A stretch of 64,000 nt of DNA from Alkalispirochaeta sp. (GCA_965601925.1 OZ271854.1:1376001-1440000), one strand, 5' to 3'. Counted from the stretch's first letter, positions 38,846 to 48,896 are shown. Numbers and translations: made by a program. Notes: generated from the sequence alone by a model not told the origin.

Positions 38846-40909
38846 CTACTCGGCGTCGCGGAAGAAGAACATCTGCGGCCGAGAAATACTGGGTGTCAGA
38901 CCCGCCTGGATGTTGAAGTGGCGACTGGGCACATTACCCATATTGTTCTTGGCCACCCTCACGCCCATGAACGCCCCGGACTGCCCAACGGTGCCGATCG
39001 TCCACACCTCGTCGATCGCGATCTCCCAGATGCGGCGACCCGCGTCGATGCGGTCTTCAACCGTCATGCCCGGCGCGCGGCGGAATAGATCCAGCGCCTC
39101 CACCAGAGCCGGATCGGTCGGTTCGATTCCTTGCGCTCCACCGGTACGGAACCAGAGACCGTAGGCCGGGCCCATCGCCGACTCGGTTGAAATCGGCAGC
39201 ACGTGGTGCCCAAAGAGGAAGAGCTCGTCGGAACCGTCGTTCTGCCACACCGTGATTTGGATCTCGTTGTTTTGCAGCCGTCCGAACCACAAGCTACGCT
39301 CCTGCTCGACGATGTTGGTAAAGATCCCAACGTCCGCCCATTGCTCCCTGACCATCTCCGCGATCTGTGTGTTGGGTAGGAAAGCGGGAATCGTCGTCAC
39401 CTCGATAATGAGCCGCTCGCCGTTGTCGGTTCTCAAACGATAGCCGTCCGCGTCGCGCTCGGTGAGTCCGATTTCGTCGAGCATCCGGTTGGCCCGCTCG
39501 GGATCAAAGGTCGCCCAGAGATCGCGATACTCCGGCCCCGGTGTATGGATGCCCGTTTCGGCCACCACCGGGGAGCCGGGCGTACCGAGGCCGAGAAAGA
39601 AGATCTCGTTGATCTGGTCCCGGTCGATCGCCAGAGAGAGGGCCCGGCGGAAGTCGCGATTCTGAAACCAACGCGTAATCTCCGCATCTCCACGGTAGCT
39701 CAAATTGAAGTGAAAGCCCGCGTCGGTACCGTGCTGGCCCGGATCGAGGTAGAGCGTGTAGTCGCCCTGCTCGGCATTCTCCAGAAAGAGCGGGATGTTA
39801 GCCATCGTCAGGTGACGCGCCTGGAAGTCGTACTCGCCGGCCACGGCCCGCAGGTTCAATACCTCGAGATCCTCGGCCACGGCGAAGGATATCCGGTCGA
39901 TGTACGGCAGCTGGTTACCGGCGCTGTCCACGCCGAAGTAGTACGGGTTGCGCACCAGCACCCACCCCTCGGCGCCCGGCGGTACCTCGACCATCCACGG
40001 GCTCAGCACCGGCAGATCCGGGTTGTCCGAGGCTTGATTCCTGGCCCGGAATAGCGCCGTCCACGTATCGAAGCCCTCCCGGGCGACGATCGCGTCGAGC
40101 TCGGCCTGGTCGACGAAGGCGGGGTGGAACTGTCGCAGGTAGTGCTCCGGCGCGTAGCCGCCGTTGCCGAAGCGCCCAAAGTGCCACTGCCCGCCGAAGA
40201 CGTTGACCGAACTGCCGAACACCTCACGAAAGAGTGTGTTGGGCGCGGCGAAGCGCACCTGGACGCGGTAGTCGTCGAGCCTGGTGACGGTCGCCTCTTG
40301 ACCGTCGATCGACATGATCGGGTTCGGCACCGGAGTGAGCTCGTCGTTGTTATACATATGCTCGAACCAGAACATCACGTCGTCGGCGGTGAAGAGTTCG
40401 CCGTCGGACCAGCGCAACCCCCGACGCATGACGATCGTGAAGGTGGTTCCGTCGTCGCTAACCTCCACGTCCCTGGCCACGTTGGGCACCATCTCGGGGA
40501 AGCGCACCGGGTGCCATGCCAAGAAACGATCGTTGCTGGCGATGCGCAAGCCGTTGACCCAGTCGCCGGGACCGGTAAAGCCGCGCCGCCACGTGCCGCC
40601 GTAGCGCCCGATCTCCCCCGACGGCTCCAAAACAAGCACGTCCTCAAACACGGGTAGACGCTCGTCAACCGGGGGCAAATCTCCGGCGGCTACCATCTGC
40701 GACAGCATCGGCGCCTCATTGAAATCGGTAGGGAAACGGTTCACATCGGTGACAACCTCGGGTCCTTCGTACTCCCCGATAAGGTCCACTTCAGTCTCGG
40801 TGCTTGCCGGTTGCGCCGGCTCATCCTCTCGACCGCCGCCGGCCCACGCGGGACCTACGACGAATACGATCAACACCGCAAAGACTATCGCCTTTCTCAC
40901 CTCCATCAT
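38846..40909 (-). CDS. Family 5 solute-binding protein (Opp-fold, probably carbohydrate-binding)
   Basis: Signal ...WAGGGRED, EAPML...V.AGDLPPVDERLP, GRYGG, LRWSDG..FTADDV.F, RNPYY..VD.AGNQLPYID. Confidence 0.9.
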   Translation of the reverse strand: MMEVRKAIVFAVLIVFVVGPAWAGGGREDEPAQPASTETEVDLIGEYEGPEVVTDVNRFPTDFNEAPMLSQMVAAGDLPPVDERLPVFEDVLVLEPSGEIGRYGGTWRRGFTGPGDWVNGLRIASNDRFLAWHPVRFPEMVPNVARDVEVSDDGTTFTIVMRRGLRWSDGELFTADDVMFWFEHMYNNDELTPVPNPIMSIDGQEATVTRLDDYRVQVRFAAPNTLFREVFGSSVNVFGGQWHFGRFGNGGYAPEHYLRQFHPAFVDQAELDAIVAREGFDTWTALFRARNQASDNPDLPVLSPWMVEVPPGAEGWVLVRNPYYFGVDSAGNQLPYIDRISFAVAEDLEVLNLRAVAGEYDFQARHLTMANIPLFLENAEQGDYTLYLDPGQHGTDAGFHFNLSYRGDAEITRWFQNRDFRRALSLAIDRDQINEIFFLGLGTPGSPVVAETGIHTPGPEYRDLWATFDPERANRMLDEIGLTERDADGYRLRTDNGERLIIEVTTIPAFLPNTQIAEMVREQWADVGIFTNIVEQERSLWFGRLQNNEIQITVWQNDGSDELFLFGHHVLPISTESAMGPAYGLWFRTGGAQGIEPTDPALVEALDLFRRAPGMTVEDRIDAGRRIWEIAIDEVWTIGTVGQSGAFMGVRVAKNNMGNVPSRHFNIQAGLTPSISRPQMFFFRDAE

Positions 40910-41099
40910 GGATACCTCCCTTTTTTTATGGACTTATTGTTCGTCCTGTCACCGACGGCGGCCGTCACTCACGTGGGCGCCGGTACGCCGTCGCTGCATC
41001 GCGACGGCGTCGAGTCCTTTTCCCGATATCTCCTTGTGATCGCACAAAAGCCATGCTACACTTCTGTAAAATATCTGATGATATCTTAACACCGTTTTC

Positions 41100-41128
41100 A
41101 TGATAGACCGGCTCCGGGAGGGTGTCAA
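41100..41128 (-). promoter_or_regulatory. Sigma70 promoter of the ABC importer operon
   Basis: TTGACA (41128-41123)-17 nt-TATCAT (41105-41100), followed by GATATCATCAGATAT. Confidence 0.7.
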
Positions 41129-41177
41129 ACTTTTTTCGCCCCCTTTTTGGGGTCGATAGACAAGGGAGAACGCCCAC

Positions 41178-42530
41178 ATGTCCCGTACAGCGCCTCTACC
41201 ACTGATCTTCGGCGGCCCAGGAGATATCGTCGACCCCTTCGGCAAATTGGTATTCGGCTGCAACGAACTACACTTTGTTGAGACGGCCAAGGGGCTCCCG
41301 CCGATTCGCGTGCGCTGCGCCGTAGCCGAAGAGGACGGGGCGTACACGGTATACGGCGCTACCGGCCGCATGAACGCACCCATCCACATCTACCGTGCCC
41401 GCACCGTGGACGGGATCCACTTTGAGCAGAGTCGTCGCGTCTTCTCCAGCGGGGCGGGGGCGTGGCGTACCGAGTTCGACATCGCCTACGACGAGGAAGC
41501 CGGGCGCCTCGTCGCCTATCTGTGGCAGGAGTACAAGGACTCCTTCTCGTTGTGGGCCTACGGTAGCGACGACGGAGGAGAGAACTGGCGCGCACTCTCA
41601 GAGACGCCGCTGTACATCAACCACGACGCCTTTAGCGTGCTGTGGGACCGCCGCAGCCGGCAGTTCATCTGCTACAACAACACCTATCAGCCGTGGGAGC
41701 GAATTGTACCGGACAACATCGGAAGTCGTATCCGACGGGTGCTCTCGATTCGCACCAGCCGGGACGGCGTTCAATGGCGTCCGAGCGACGATATCTACCA
41801 ATCCGGCCCCTATGCAGCGCCGGAAGAGATCATCGCGCCCGACGACGAGGACGCGCCGGACATCGAGTTCTACCGTTTCAACGCCTTTCGGTACGCCGAT
41901 CGCTACGCCGGTATGATGCTCCTGTACGCCGCCAGTCCTCAGGAGGCGAACCTGCGCGCCCCATGGACCGGGCACGGCCAACACTGTTACGGCGAGTGGT
42001 GGCAAAGCGCCGACGGCCTGACGTGGACGCGTCCCTTCCGCGATACGGTCGCCTCCGGAGAGGCGCCCAGCATTATCGAGCACCCCCCGATGACGATCGA
42101 CGGACGCTACTTGTGGATCATCGACGGCGGCGTCTATTCGATCCCTGAGGATCGCCTGTTCTACGTCGCCTCGCGGTCCAACGGCGCGTTCACCACCAAA
42201 CCGTTCACGATGCCCGCCGAGCCGTTGATGCTCGACGCCGAAATGCAGTTCACGCCGCACGGGCTCGGCATGTTCGACCAGAGCTACGTCATGGCCGAAC
42301 TTCTGGATGCCGACGGGCGCACTATCGCCGGGTTTGAGCGGGAAAAGTGTGTGCACCACCGCCTCTCGGCCAACCGCGTCCGCCTGCACTGGGCGGGGCG
42401 AGACGGTTCCGACGCGCTGGGGCGCACCGTACAGTTGCGACTCTCCATGCGGGACGCACGGATCTACGCCGTCACCACGGCGCGTTACCCCGGTCTGGAG
42501 CGCAACGAGGTCTTTCGGTGGGGCATTTAG
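41178..42530 (+). CDS. Cytoplasmic beta-propeller protein with Asp-box-like repeats; putative glycoside hydrolase
   Basis: TVDGIHF, SDDGGENW, SRDGVQW, SADGLTW motifs, plus a C-terminal beta-sandwich (FTTKPF...AELLDADG..IAGF...VQLRLSMRDARIY). No signal peptide. Confidence 0.6.
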   Translation: MSRTAPLPLIFGGPGDIVDPFGKLVFGCNELHFVETAKGLPPIRVRCAVAEEDGAYTVYGATGRMNAPIHIYRARTVDGIHFEQSRRVFSSGAGAWRTEFDIAYDEEAGRLVAYLWQEYKDSFSLWAYGSDDGGENWRALSETPLYINHDAFSVLWDRRSRQFICYNNTYQPWERIVPDNIGSRIRRVLSIRTSRDGVQWRPSDDIYQSGPYAAPEEIIAPDDEDAPDIEFYRFNAFRYADRYAGMMLLYAASPQEANLRAPWTGHGQHCYGEWWQSADGLTWTRPFRDTVASGEAPSIIEHPPMTIDGRYLWIIDGGVYSIPEDRLFYVASRSNGAFTTKPFTMPAEPLMLDAEMQFTPHGLGMFDQSYVMAELLDADGRTIAGFEREKCVHHRLSANRVRLHWAGRDGSDALGRTVQLRLSMRDARIYAVTTARYPGLERNEVFRWGI

Positions 42531-42540
42531 CGAGGACCAT

Positions 42541-43533
42541 ATGAGCGATCAAACCTACCTGCAGTGGCTCTCAGCAACCGACGAGTGGTGGAACGATTCG
42601 GCTCTACCCGTCGAGATCGAAGCCGCGCGGGTCAACGGCGCGACCGGGGTGACCACCAACCCCGTGTTGGCCGCCCGCGCGGCGGGCAACGGGCTCTACG
42701 ACCCGTCGCCATCCGAGGTGGAGACGGCGGGCGGAAAGGCGGAAGCGCGATTACGCCACGTCGTCCTCGACGCGCTCGCTGCGATCGGTCCGGTGCGGGG
42801 CGCCGGCGGATTCGTCTGCGCCCAGGTGGAACCCGCCCTCGACTCCGACCGCGAGGCGATGCTCACAACCGCGCGCCGTTTTCACTCCTGGAGCCCGCGA
42901 ATCGCGGTCAAACTGCCGACGTGTGCCGCCGGCCTGGACGTCTTGGAGGAGTGCGCCGCCGAGGGCATTCCGACCACAATGACAACGAGCTTCTGCGTGT
43001 CCCAACTCGTCGCCGCATCACAACGTCACCTTGCGGGATGCGCGCGCGCCGAACGGGTCGGAATCGAGCCGGCACCGTCGTGGGCGGTGCTCATGATCGG
43101 CCGCCTCGACGACTATCTGCGTGACATTGCTGCGGACAACGACGTCGATCTCTCCGCCGCCGACCTGCAGCGCGCCGGGATTGCGGTCGCCAAGCGCGCC
43201 GCTGCGCTCTTCACCGAGATCGGTGCGCGCTCACGCATCATGGTGGCGGCGCTACGCGGCCCACACCACGTCGCCGAACTCACCGGCGGTGGTATTGTCT
43301 TCACGTTATCTCCCAAGATGCAGCAAGCGCTCCTTGCCGCCGAACCGGCGCGGATCACCAAGCTCTACGAGCCGGAGGAAGCGGCGCTCCTCAAGCGACT
43401 CAGACGTCTACCGGAGTTCGTGCGCGTCTACGAGCCGGAGGGCATGACGCCGGAACAGATGTACGCGTTCGGCCCCTTCCAACGCACGCAAACGCAGTTC
43501 CACATCTCGGGATGGGCCAATCTGGCGGGATAG
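42541..43533 (+). CDS. Transaldolase-family protein, divergent
   Basis: WWNDS, GVTTNP, CAQV, Schiff-base AVKLP, MIGRLDDYL, MVAALRG. Confidence 0.85.
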   Translation: MSDQTYLQWLSATDEWWNDSALPVEIEAARVNGATGVTTNPVLAARAAGNGLYDPSPSEVETAGGKAEARLRHVVLDALAAIGPVRGAGGFVCAQVEPALDSDREAMLTTARRFHSWSPRIAVKLPTCAAGLDVLEECAAEGIPTTMTTSFCVSQLVAASQRHLAGCARAERVGIEPAPSWAVLMIGRLDDYLRDIAADNDVDLSAADLQRAGIAVAKRAAALFTEIGARSRIMVAALRGPHHVAELTGGGIVFTLSPKMQQALLAAEPARITKLYEPEEAALLKRLRRLPEFVRVYEPEGMTPEQMYAFGPFQRTQTQFHISGWANLAG

Positions 43534-43538
43534 GCGCG

Positions 43539-44360
43539 CTACAACGCCAGCGCGTCGAGTAGCCCGAGCACCTCGGTAACCGGTACGGCGCCCTTCGGCG
43601 CCAGTTCGACCATGCTTGCACCGACAATCTCATAGTTGTCGACAAGGTGCCGCACGGCGTCGATCAGACACGTGAACGACAGTCCGTCCGCTGTCGGGAC
43701 GAATGTATGCGGGAACGATGCCGGGTCCAGCACGTCGAAGTCGATGTGTAGGTACAGATTGTGGTATCCGGCGGCGCGGATAGTCGCCGCGAGCGACTTC
43801 GGGTCGGTAAGAGCTTCAGTCGATAGACGGGTGATGCCGTGTCGTTCTATCGTGGCGGCCTCGTCGGAGTCGAGATCACGTACGCCGGCGAGAATCACCT
43901 GATCGGGGTGCAGCGTGGAATAGGCCGTAGCCCGTAACGCGTCTTCACCTTCGCCCATGAGCACTCGTAACGGCATCCCGTGAAACGTCTTACTGGGTGA
44001 CGATTGCGGCGTGTTCATATCGGCGTGGGCATCGAACCACACCACGGCAAGGTCGCGATCGTAGCGGCGGTTGAGATAGGAAATCGGCACCACCTCGATC
44101 CCACACGTTCCTCCGACGGTAAAGAGCGACTCGGGATCCGCTCCGTCGATCGCATCCCTGAAACGCGCGAGTTGCCCCACGATGTCGCCGTGACCGATCA
44201 CTCCATGTTTCAAAACCGGATCGTCGTCGATTTCCACCTCGATATCGACAAAGTCGAGCCGGTCGGCAAGCTGATCTCTCAGAAACCGCGCTCCGTAATA
44301 GAGCGTTCTTCGGTTGCCGGATGATTGCCAATCGGGTATGCACACGTTGAGACGGGACAC
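43539..44360 (-). CDS. Arginase/ureohydrolase-family protein
   Basis: PDWQ.SG, VGGTCG, WFDAHADMNTP.SSPS..FHGM, HIDFDVLDP. AAGGAGG RBS before GTG 44360. Confidence 0.88.
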   Translation of the reverse strand: MSRLNVCIPDWQSSGNRRTLYYGARFLRDQLADRLDFVDIEVEIDDDPVLKHGVIGHGDIVGQLARFRDAIDGADPESLFTVGGTCGIEVVPISYLNRRYDRDLAVVWFDAHADMNTPQSSPSKTFHGMPLRVLMGEGEDALRATAYSTLHPDQVILAGVRDLDSDEAATIERHGITRLSTEALTDPKSLAATIRAAGYHNLYLHIDFDVLDPASFPHTFVPTADGLSFTCLIDAVRHLVDNYEIVGASMVELAPKGAVPVTEVLGLLDALAL

Positions 44361-44434
44361 GGTGACGTCCTCCTTATCCGTGAGGATATACATTGCGCGT
44401 CGCGGCGACGAGCCTCCTGCACGCCACTGCGGCG

Positions 44435-44836
44435 CTACTCCGCCTCTATGCGGTAGAGGGTACCCTCCCAGATCGCGAAAACGGTGTTCTCCACACTCGC
44501 GATCGCCGTGGTACCGCTCCATCCGCGTCCCACCTCAGTGTAGTTGCCGTCTCCGTCGACGCGATAGAGCGCGTCACCATGTATGATCCAAAGGAAGTCG
44601 TCCGTCGCGGTCATGTGTGTCGTCGCGCCCCAACCGTCGGATATCGCCTCGTAGTTGCCGTCCCCGTCGACGCGATAGAGCGTCTCACCCCACACGATCC
44701 ACAGATAGCCGCCCATCGAGGCCATGGAAGTGCTTTCGTCCCATCCGCCGCCGAGGCTCGTGTAATCTCCCGGTGCGGCGGCAAGTTGTATAGCGGCGCC
44801 GGCGACTACGAGCGTAGTAATCAATAGTCGTTTCAT
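44435..44836 (-). CDS. Secreted three-repeat beta-propeller-blade protein (tachylectin/tectonin-like)
   Basis: Signal peptide plus three ~37 aa repeats G.Y......W.....M......LWI..G.TLYRVD. Confidence 0.75.
   Translation of the reverse strand: MKRLLITTLVVAGAAIQLAAAPGDYTSLGGGWDESTSMASMGGYLWIVWGETLYRVDGDGNYEAISDGWGATTHMTATDDFLWIIHGDALYRVDGDGNYTEVGRGWSGTTAIASVENTVFAIWEGTLYRIEAE
44540..44682. repeat. Intragenic direct repeat, 111 nt period
   Basis: GTAGTTGCCGTC[T/C]CCGTCGACGCGATAGAGCG at 44540 and 44651 (31 of 32 identical). Confidence 0.9.
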
Positions 44837-44932
44837 GTCGTATCCTCAACGACAATCATACACGGTCATACGATAAAAGCGCGATCGCCATATCCCTTGC
44901 GAACGGGTCGGCGAACGCGTACGATCGGCGGT

Positions 44933-45376
44933 ATGGCCGACTGCAACGGCACCTCGATGTGCTACAAGATTATTCGCCGCTATAAGTACGAGACGACCCG
45001 ACCGTACACGATTCGAACCGCGGTACGGCCGACGGACGCGGCGACCGATTACTACGCATCCGTCGACCCGACCGGCTGTCTGCGTATCATGGAGCGGTAC
45101 CAATGGGACGGGCCCAGCGGACCGACGATCGATACCGAAAACTCGATGCGTGCCGGCTTGGTGCACGACGCGCTCTACCAACTTATGCGCTCCGGGGCGT
45201 TGGAGTCGAGCCGAAAGAATCGCGTTGCTGCGGACAAGACCTTTCGCTCACTTCTGAAGAAAGACGGTATGGGCATCGTGCGGCGCAATCTATGGTATGC
45301 CGTGGTTCGTCTGACGAGCTCCTATTTCACGCGCGCGGGATCCCGGCCGGAGCAAGAGACCATCTGCTTGGATTGA
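44933..45376 (+). CDS. DUF1353-like protein
   Basis: YQWDGPSGPTIDT....RAGLVHDALYQL...R..ADK.F...L..DGM...R....Y.VVR. Confidence 0.75.
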   Translation: MADCNGTSMCYKIIRRYKYETTRPYTIRTAVRPTDAATDYYASVDPTGCLRIMERYQWDGPSGPTIDTENSMRAGLVHDALYQLMRSGALESSRKNRVAADKTFRSLLKKDGMGIVRRNLWYAVVRLTSSYFTRAGSRPEQETICLD

Positions 45377-45424
45377 CGAAACCGATGGAGGCGGCTCGGT
45401 ATCGATTCGTCACCAAACGTCTCG

Positions 45425-45781
45425 TCACATGATTGTCACGACAAACACAACCTCCCACATGGTCAGCGGTCCGGCAAGATGTCGAGCGGGAACGGGAACG
45501 ACACTGCGTTGCGGATACCCTCGGTCGAGGGTCGCCACGTCGACGGTAAAAGACGTAGATCCGAAATCGCACTCGGTCATGGGTGGCCACCATTCGATCG
45601 CGTCGTCGGAATCGTTCGGACGGCCGCTGCATAGTTCCTCGTACATATCGGCTTTGAACACCTGAGTGACACACTCCCCAAGCAGTGCGGGGTTGACCAC
45701 GGTTCGCACCGTTTGACCGGGGCGACATGAGTTTCTGCTCACCGTCGAGCGTCTTAGTCGTCGTCAATCGCCTCACCGTCC
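45425..45781 (-). pseudogene. Decayed paralogue of the exported protein at 24743-25246
   Basis: Aligns by eye with 24743-25130. It has TGG>TAA at 45754, a short deletion, a +1 frameshift near 45720 and no signal peptide. Confidence 0.85.
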
Positions 45782-45843
45782 CCCGTACGTTGTAAGAAAG
45801 CCTTCATGCAACCCTTTTTGCCCTTCTCGTGTCCTACTCTTGT

Positions 45844-47490
45844 ATGGGGAAGACCGATCCATCGGCTCGGCGGTCCGTCTCTATCTGTGGTACCACCAGA
45901 ATACTGCTCGTATATCCGGAGACTCCGGACACCTATTGGAGTTATCGCCACGCCATCGAGTTCCTGGGAAAGAGGGCGCTCATGCCGCCGCTCGGGTTAT
46001 TGACCGCGGCGGCGATCATGGGAGAGGAGTTCGACTATCACCTAGTAGATATGAACGTGGAATCACTAAAAGAGGATTCCCTGGAGTGGGCGGATTACGT
46101 CTTCATTTCGGCAATGATTGTCCAGGCCGATTCAATGCGCGAGGTGATAGCGAGATGTAACCGCGCGGGAGTGCCCGTAGTTGCCGGGGGTCCCTACCCC
46201 ACGGCCTGTTACAAAGAGATCGACGGTGTGGACCATTTTGTTCTCGGCGAAGGGGAGTGCACGATTCCGGAGTTTCGTCGGGACCTTGCCGAGGGCACCC
46301 TTAAACCGATCTATCCTGCCGGCGAGCGCCCGGAAATCGACAACGTTCCGTTACCGCGTTTCGATCTTTGCAGGATTTCTCGCTACGAAACCATGCCGCT
46401 GCAGTTCTCCCGAGGCTGTCCGTTTAACTGTGAGTTCTGCGACATCGTGTCCCTGTTCGGGCACAAGGTTCGCACAAAGAGCGCGGAGCAGTTTATTCGG
46501 GAAATGGAAGCGCTCCACGACGTCGGGTTTCGAGGCAATCTCTTTGTCGTGGATGATAACTTCATCGGCAATCGGAGACGGGCGAAGGCGTTGCTCAGAC
46601 GCATCCGGGCGTGGCAGTCTGAAAAGGGCTATCCCTTCAATCTGAGTACCGAAGCGAGTATCGATCTTGCCGATGATCGAGAGTTCTTGGATCTCATGGC
46701 GGCTTGCGGCTTCAAGATGGTCTTCGTGGGGCTGGAGACGCCGGTCGAGGCCTCCCTCCAGGGAGCCGGCAAGCGGCAGAACCTCCGAGGGAACGTGGTC
46801 GATAAGGTGCGTCGGATCCAGAGCGCCGGAATCGAGGTAACCGCAGGGTTCATTGTCGGCTTTGACTCCGACCCCGAAGACATTGCCGACCGGCAAATCG
46901 AGTTCATTCAGGAGCTTGGTGTTCCCACGGCGATGGTCGGCCTCTTGACGGCGCTTCCAAATACGAGGCTCTGGGACCGCCTGTCGGAGGAGGGACGAAT
47001 GCGATTCCGCTCAGGCGGCAACAATACCCATACCAGCGAACTGAACTTTACGACTATGTTGCCCCAGAGGGCCGTTGTCGACGGGTACCGAAGGATACTG
47101 GAGACTATCTACAGCCCTCGGCGATACTTCCGGCGCGCCCTGAGGTTGGTCACTTCGCTGCCGCGACGTTCGGTCACTCCGACTCTCTCCGTTCGCGGCC
47201 GGATATCTCAAAACCAAGGTAGGGCGCTCTACCGTTCACTCACTAAACAGGGGCTATCTTCCTACGCATTGTGGTATTGGCTCTTTCTCCTCCGAGCGCT
47301 CCTATCTCGGCCGCGTCTATTTGTCACCGTTGTCACTTTGGCGGTCCGGGGGCACCACTTCTTCGTCATTACCGACAGGCTCGTTCGTAGTATCCGGGGA
47401 GAGAACCGGGAAACGGGCGATACGACCCGAAGCCGTGCAAGGACGCACCGACCGGACCCCCCTCGTGATACACTCATACACGAAGCTTGA
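45844..47490 (+). CDS. B12-binding-domain radical SAM protein with DUF4070-type C-terminus
   Basis: PPLGLLT, SAMIVQ, VAGGP, QFSRGCPFNCEFCDI, VDDNFIGN, GFIVGFDSD, ALPNTRLW.RL..EGR. Confidence 0.9.
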   Translation: MGKTDPSARRSVSICGTTRILLVYPETPDTYWSYRHAIEFLGKRALMPPLGLLTAAAIMGEEFDYHLVDMNVESLKEDSLEWADYVFISAMIVQADSMREVIARCNRAGVPVVAGGPYPTACYKEIDGVDHFVLGEGECTIPEFRRDLAEGTLKPIYPAGERPEIDNVPLPRFDLCRISRYETMPLQFSRGCPFNCEFCDIVSLFGHKVRTKSAEQFIREMEALHDVGFRGNLFVVDDNFIGNRRRAKALLRRIRAWQSEKGYPFNLSTEASIDLADDREFLDLMAACGFKMVFVGLETPVEASLQGAGKRQNLRGNVVDKVRRIQSAGIEVTAGFIVGFDSDPEDIADRQIEFIQELGVPTAMVGLLTALPNTRLWDRLSEEGRMRFRSGGNNTHTSELNFTTMLPQRAVVDGYRRILETIYSPRRYFRRALRLVTSLPRRSVTPTLSVRGRISQNQGRALYRSLTKQGLSSYALWYWLFLLRALLSRPRLFVTVVTLAVRGHHFFVITDRLVRSIRGENRETGDTTRSRARTHRPDPPRDTLIHEA

Positions 47491-47510
47491 TTTTATAGGA
47501 GGTGGCCGCG

Positions 47511-47852
47511 GTGCAGAGCGTTCCGTCCCCGGTGGCTCAGCTCATGATCACGGTGATCCCAATGGTCGGCATTGTTGTCGCCGGCGTCGTGGTATTCTTC
47601 TTTCTGCTCTGGAATCATCGGCAGCGTATGGCCCAAATAGAACGGGGCATGAACCCTCCACCGCTGATCGATTTAGAGCGATTCAGCTTGCTTCTCGGAT
47701 TACTTGCCGTGGCGGTCGGACTGGTACTGACTATCGTTGCTCTCCTGGCGTATCGAGGAGGCTACGGTCTGTTGGGCGGACTCATCCCCCTCGCCGTAGG
47801 CGTGGGGTTTCTCCTCTATTATCGAATCGCTGAGACCAAACGGGGCCGATGA
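47511..47852 (+). CDS. Small membrane protein (DUF6249-like) upstream of the ECF sigma gene
   Basis: TM helix, then HRQRMAQIERG, then two TMs ending GLIPLAVGVGFLLYY. AGGAGG RBS. Confidence 0.7.
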   Translation: MQSVPSPVAQLMITVIPMVGIVVAGVVVFFFLLWNHRQRMAQIERGMNPPPLIDLERFSLLLGLLAVAVGLVLTIVALLAYRGGYGLLGGLIPLAVGVGFLLYYRIAETKRGR

Positions 47853-48436
47853 CGGACGATTCCGGTCGAGACCAGGAGGATTTAGCGGTAATTCGTTCGG
47901 TCTTGGGCGGCGATCGAAACGCCTTTCGCCGGCTGGTCGAGAAGTATCAGCCGGCGGTATCGGCCATCGGAAGGCGAACCGTCACCGCACGGGAGGACCT
48001 CATGGACTATGTCCAAGACGTCTTTTTCAAGAGTTTTGTGCACCTCGGACAGTATTCCGGAAAAGGGCGGTTCTACTCTTGGCTGATGCGAATCGCCTAT
48101 ACCACGGCGATAAACCGGAGCAAGCGCACGATTCCCGAAGTTCCCACCGATCCGGAGTTTCTCGCTCGTCTATGGCACGCCTCTCGAGAGCGAGAGCCGG
48201 ATCGTACGACCGAGCGTAGAGTATTGTGGGAGGCGATTATCGAAGCGATTCGGGAGCTTCCGGGACAGCTCGCCTTCTCTGTGGAGCTCTTTTTCGTACT
48301 GGGGCTTCGGTACCGGGAAATCGCCGAGATGACCGGCGTGCCGGTTAACACCCTCAAATCCCACATTCATCGAGCGCGCCGCTTGCTGCAAGAGCGGTTG
48401 GACCGCTCAATGTTGGAGGATCAGGATGACGTGTAA
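47849..48436 (+). CDS. ECF RNA polymerase sigma factor
   Basis: GDRNAFRRLVEKY, VQDVF, FYSWLMRIA, YREIAEMTGVPVNTLKSHIHRAR. Confidence 0.92.
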   Translation: MTDDSGRDQEDLAVIRSVLGGDRNAFRRLVEKYQPAVSAIGRRTVTAREDLMDYVQDVFFKSFVHLGQYSGKGRFYSWLMRIAYTTAINRSKRTIPEVPTDPEFLARLWHASREREPDRTTERRVLWEAIIEAIRELPGQLAFSVELFFVLGLRYREIAEMTGVPVNTLKSHIHRARRLLQERLDRSMLEDQDDV

Positions 48437-48896
48437 CGAAGTTGAGGAACGGCTTCTTGCGCTGGATCACGGCGAAATCCCGGGTGTTGAGGTGGAGGCC
48501 CATCTTTCGAAGTGCCCGAGTTGTCGCCGCCTGGCGCGAACTCTCGCGGTCGCCGAAGGTGGTCTCCGAGAAACGTCGAGGGCCGATCCGGATCTGGTGA
48601 ACTCCGTGATGACCGCAATCGATGAAAGCAACGTCTACCCGACTCGAGCCCACTCGTTTTTTCATTGGCTATTCGGCGGCCTCTTGCTCGTGACCGCTTT
48701 CGTGGCGGTTCGACAGAGCGATCCGTTCCGATTTCTTCTCGATAGTTTTCTAGGACCCCGGGTCGACCTGTCGGTGACGGTAGTCATAGGCATGGGAGTG
48801 GTGGCGTACTTGGCGGTTTTTGTTGTTGCCAACGGTGATCGTTTGGAAGAGGTGGTTCGTAGTGTGGTGAGACGGCACGGCTCCGGAGAGCGGTGA
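48426..48896 (+). CDS. Zinc-binding (ZAS) membrane anti-sigma factor
   Basis: MTC...HLSKCPSC (HxxxCxxC) and two TM segments. Overlaps the sigma gene. Confidence 0.85.
   Translation: MTCNEVEERLLALDHGEIPGVEVEAHLSKCPSCRRLARTLAVAEGGLRETSRADPDLVNSVMTAIDESNVYPTRAHSFFHWLFGGLLLVTAFVAVRQSDPFRFLLDSFLGPRVDLSVTVVIGMGVVAYLAVFVVANGDRLEEVVRSVVRRHGSGER

Noticed and set aside
45844..47490. RiPP or hopanoid methylase assignment for the B12 radical SAM
   Set aside because: No precursor peptide or hopanoid genes in context; the substrate cannot be inferred from motifs.
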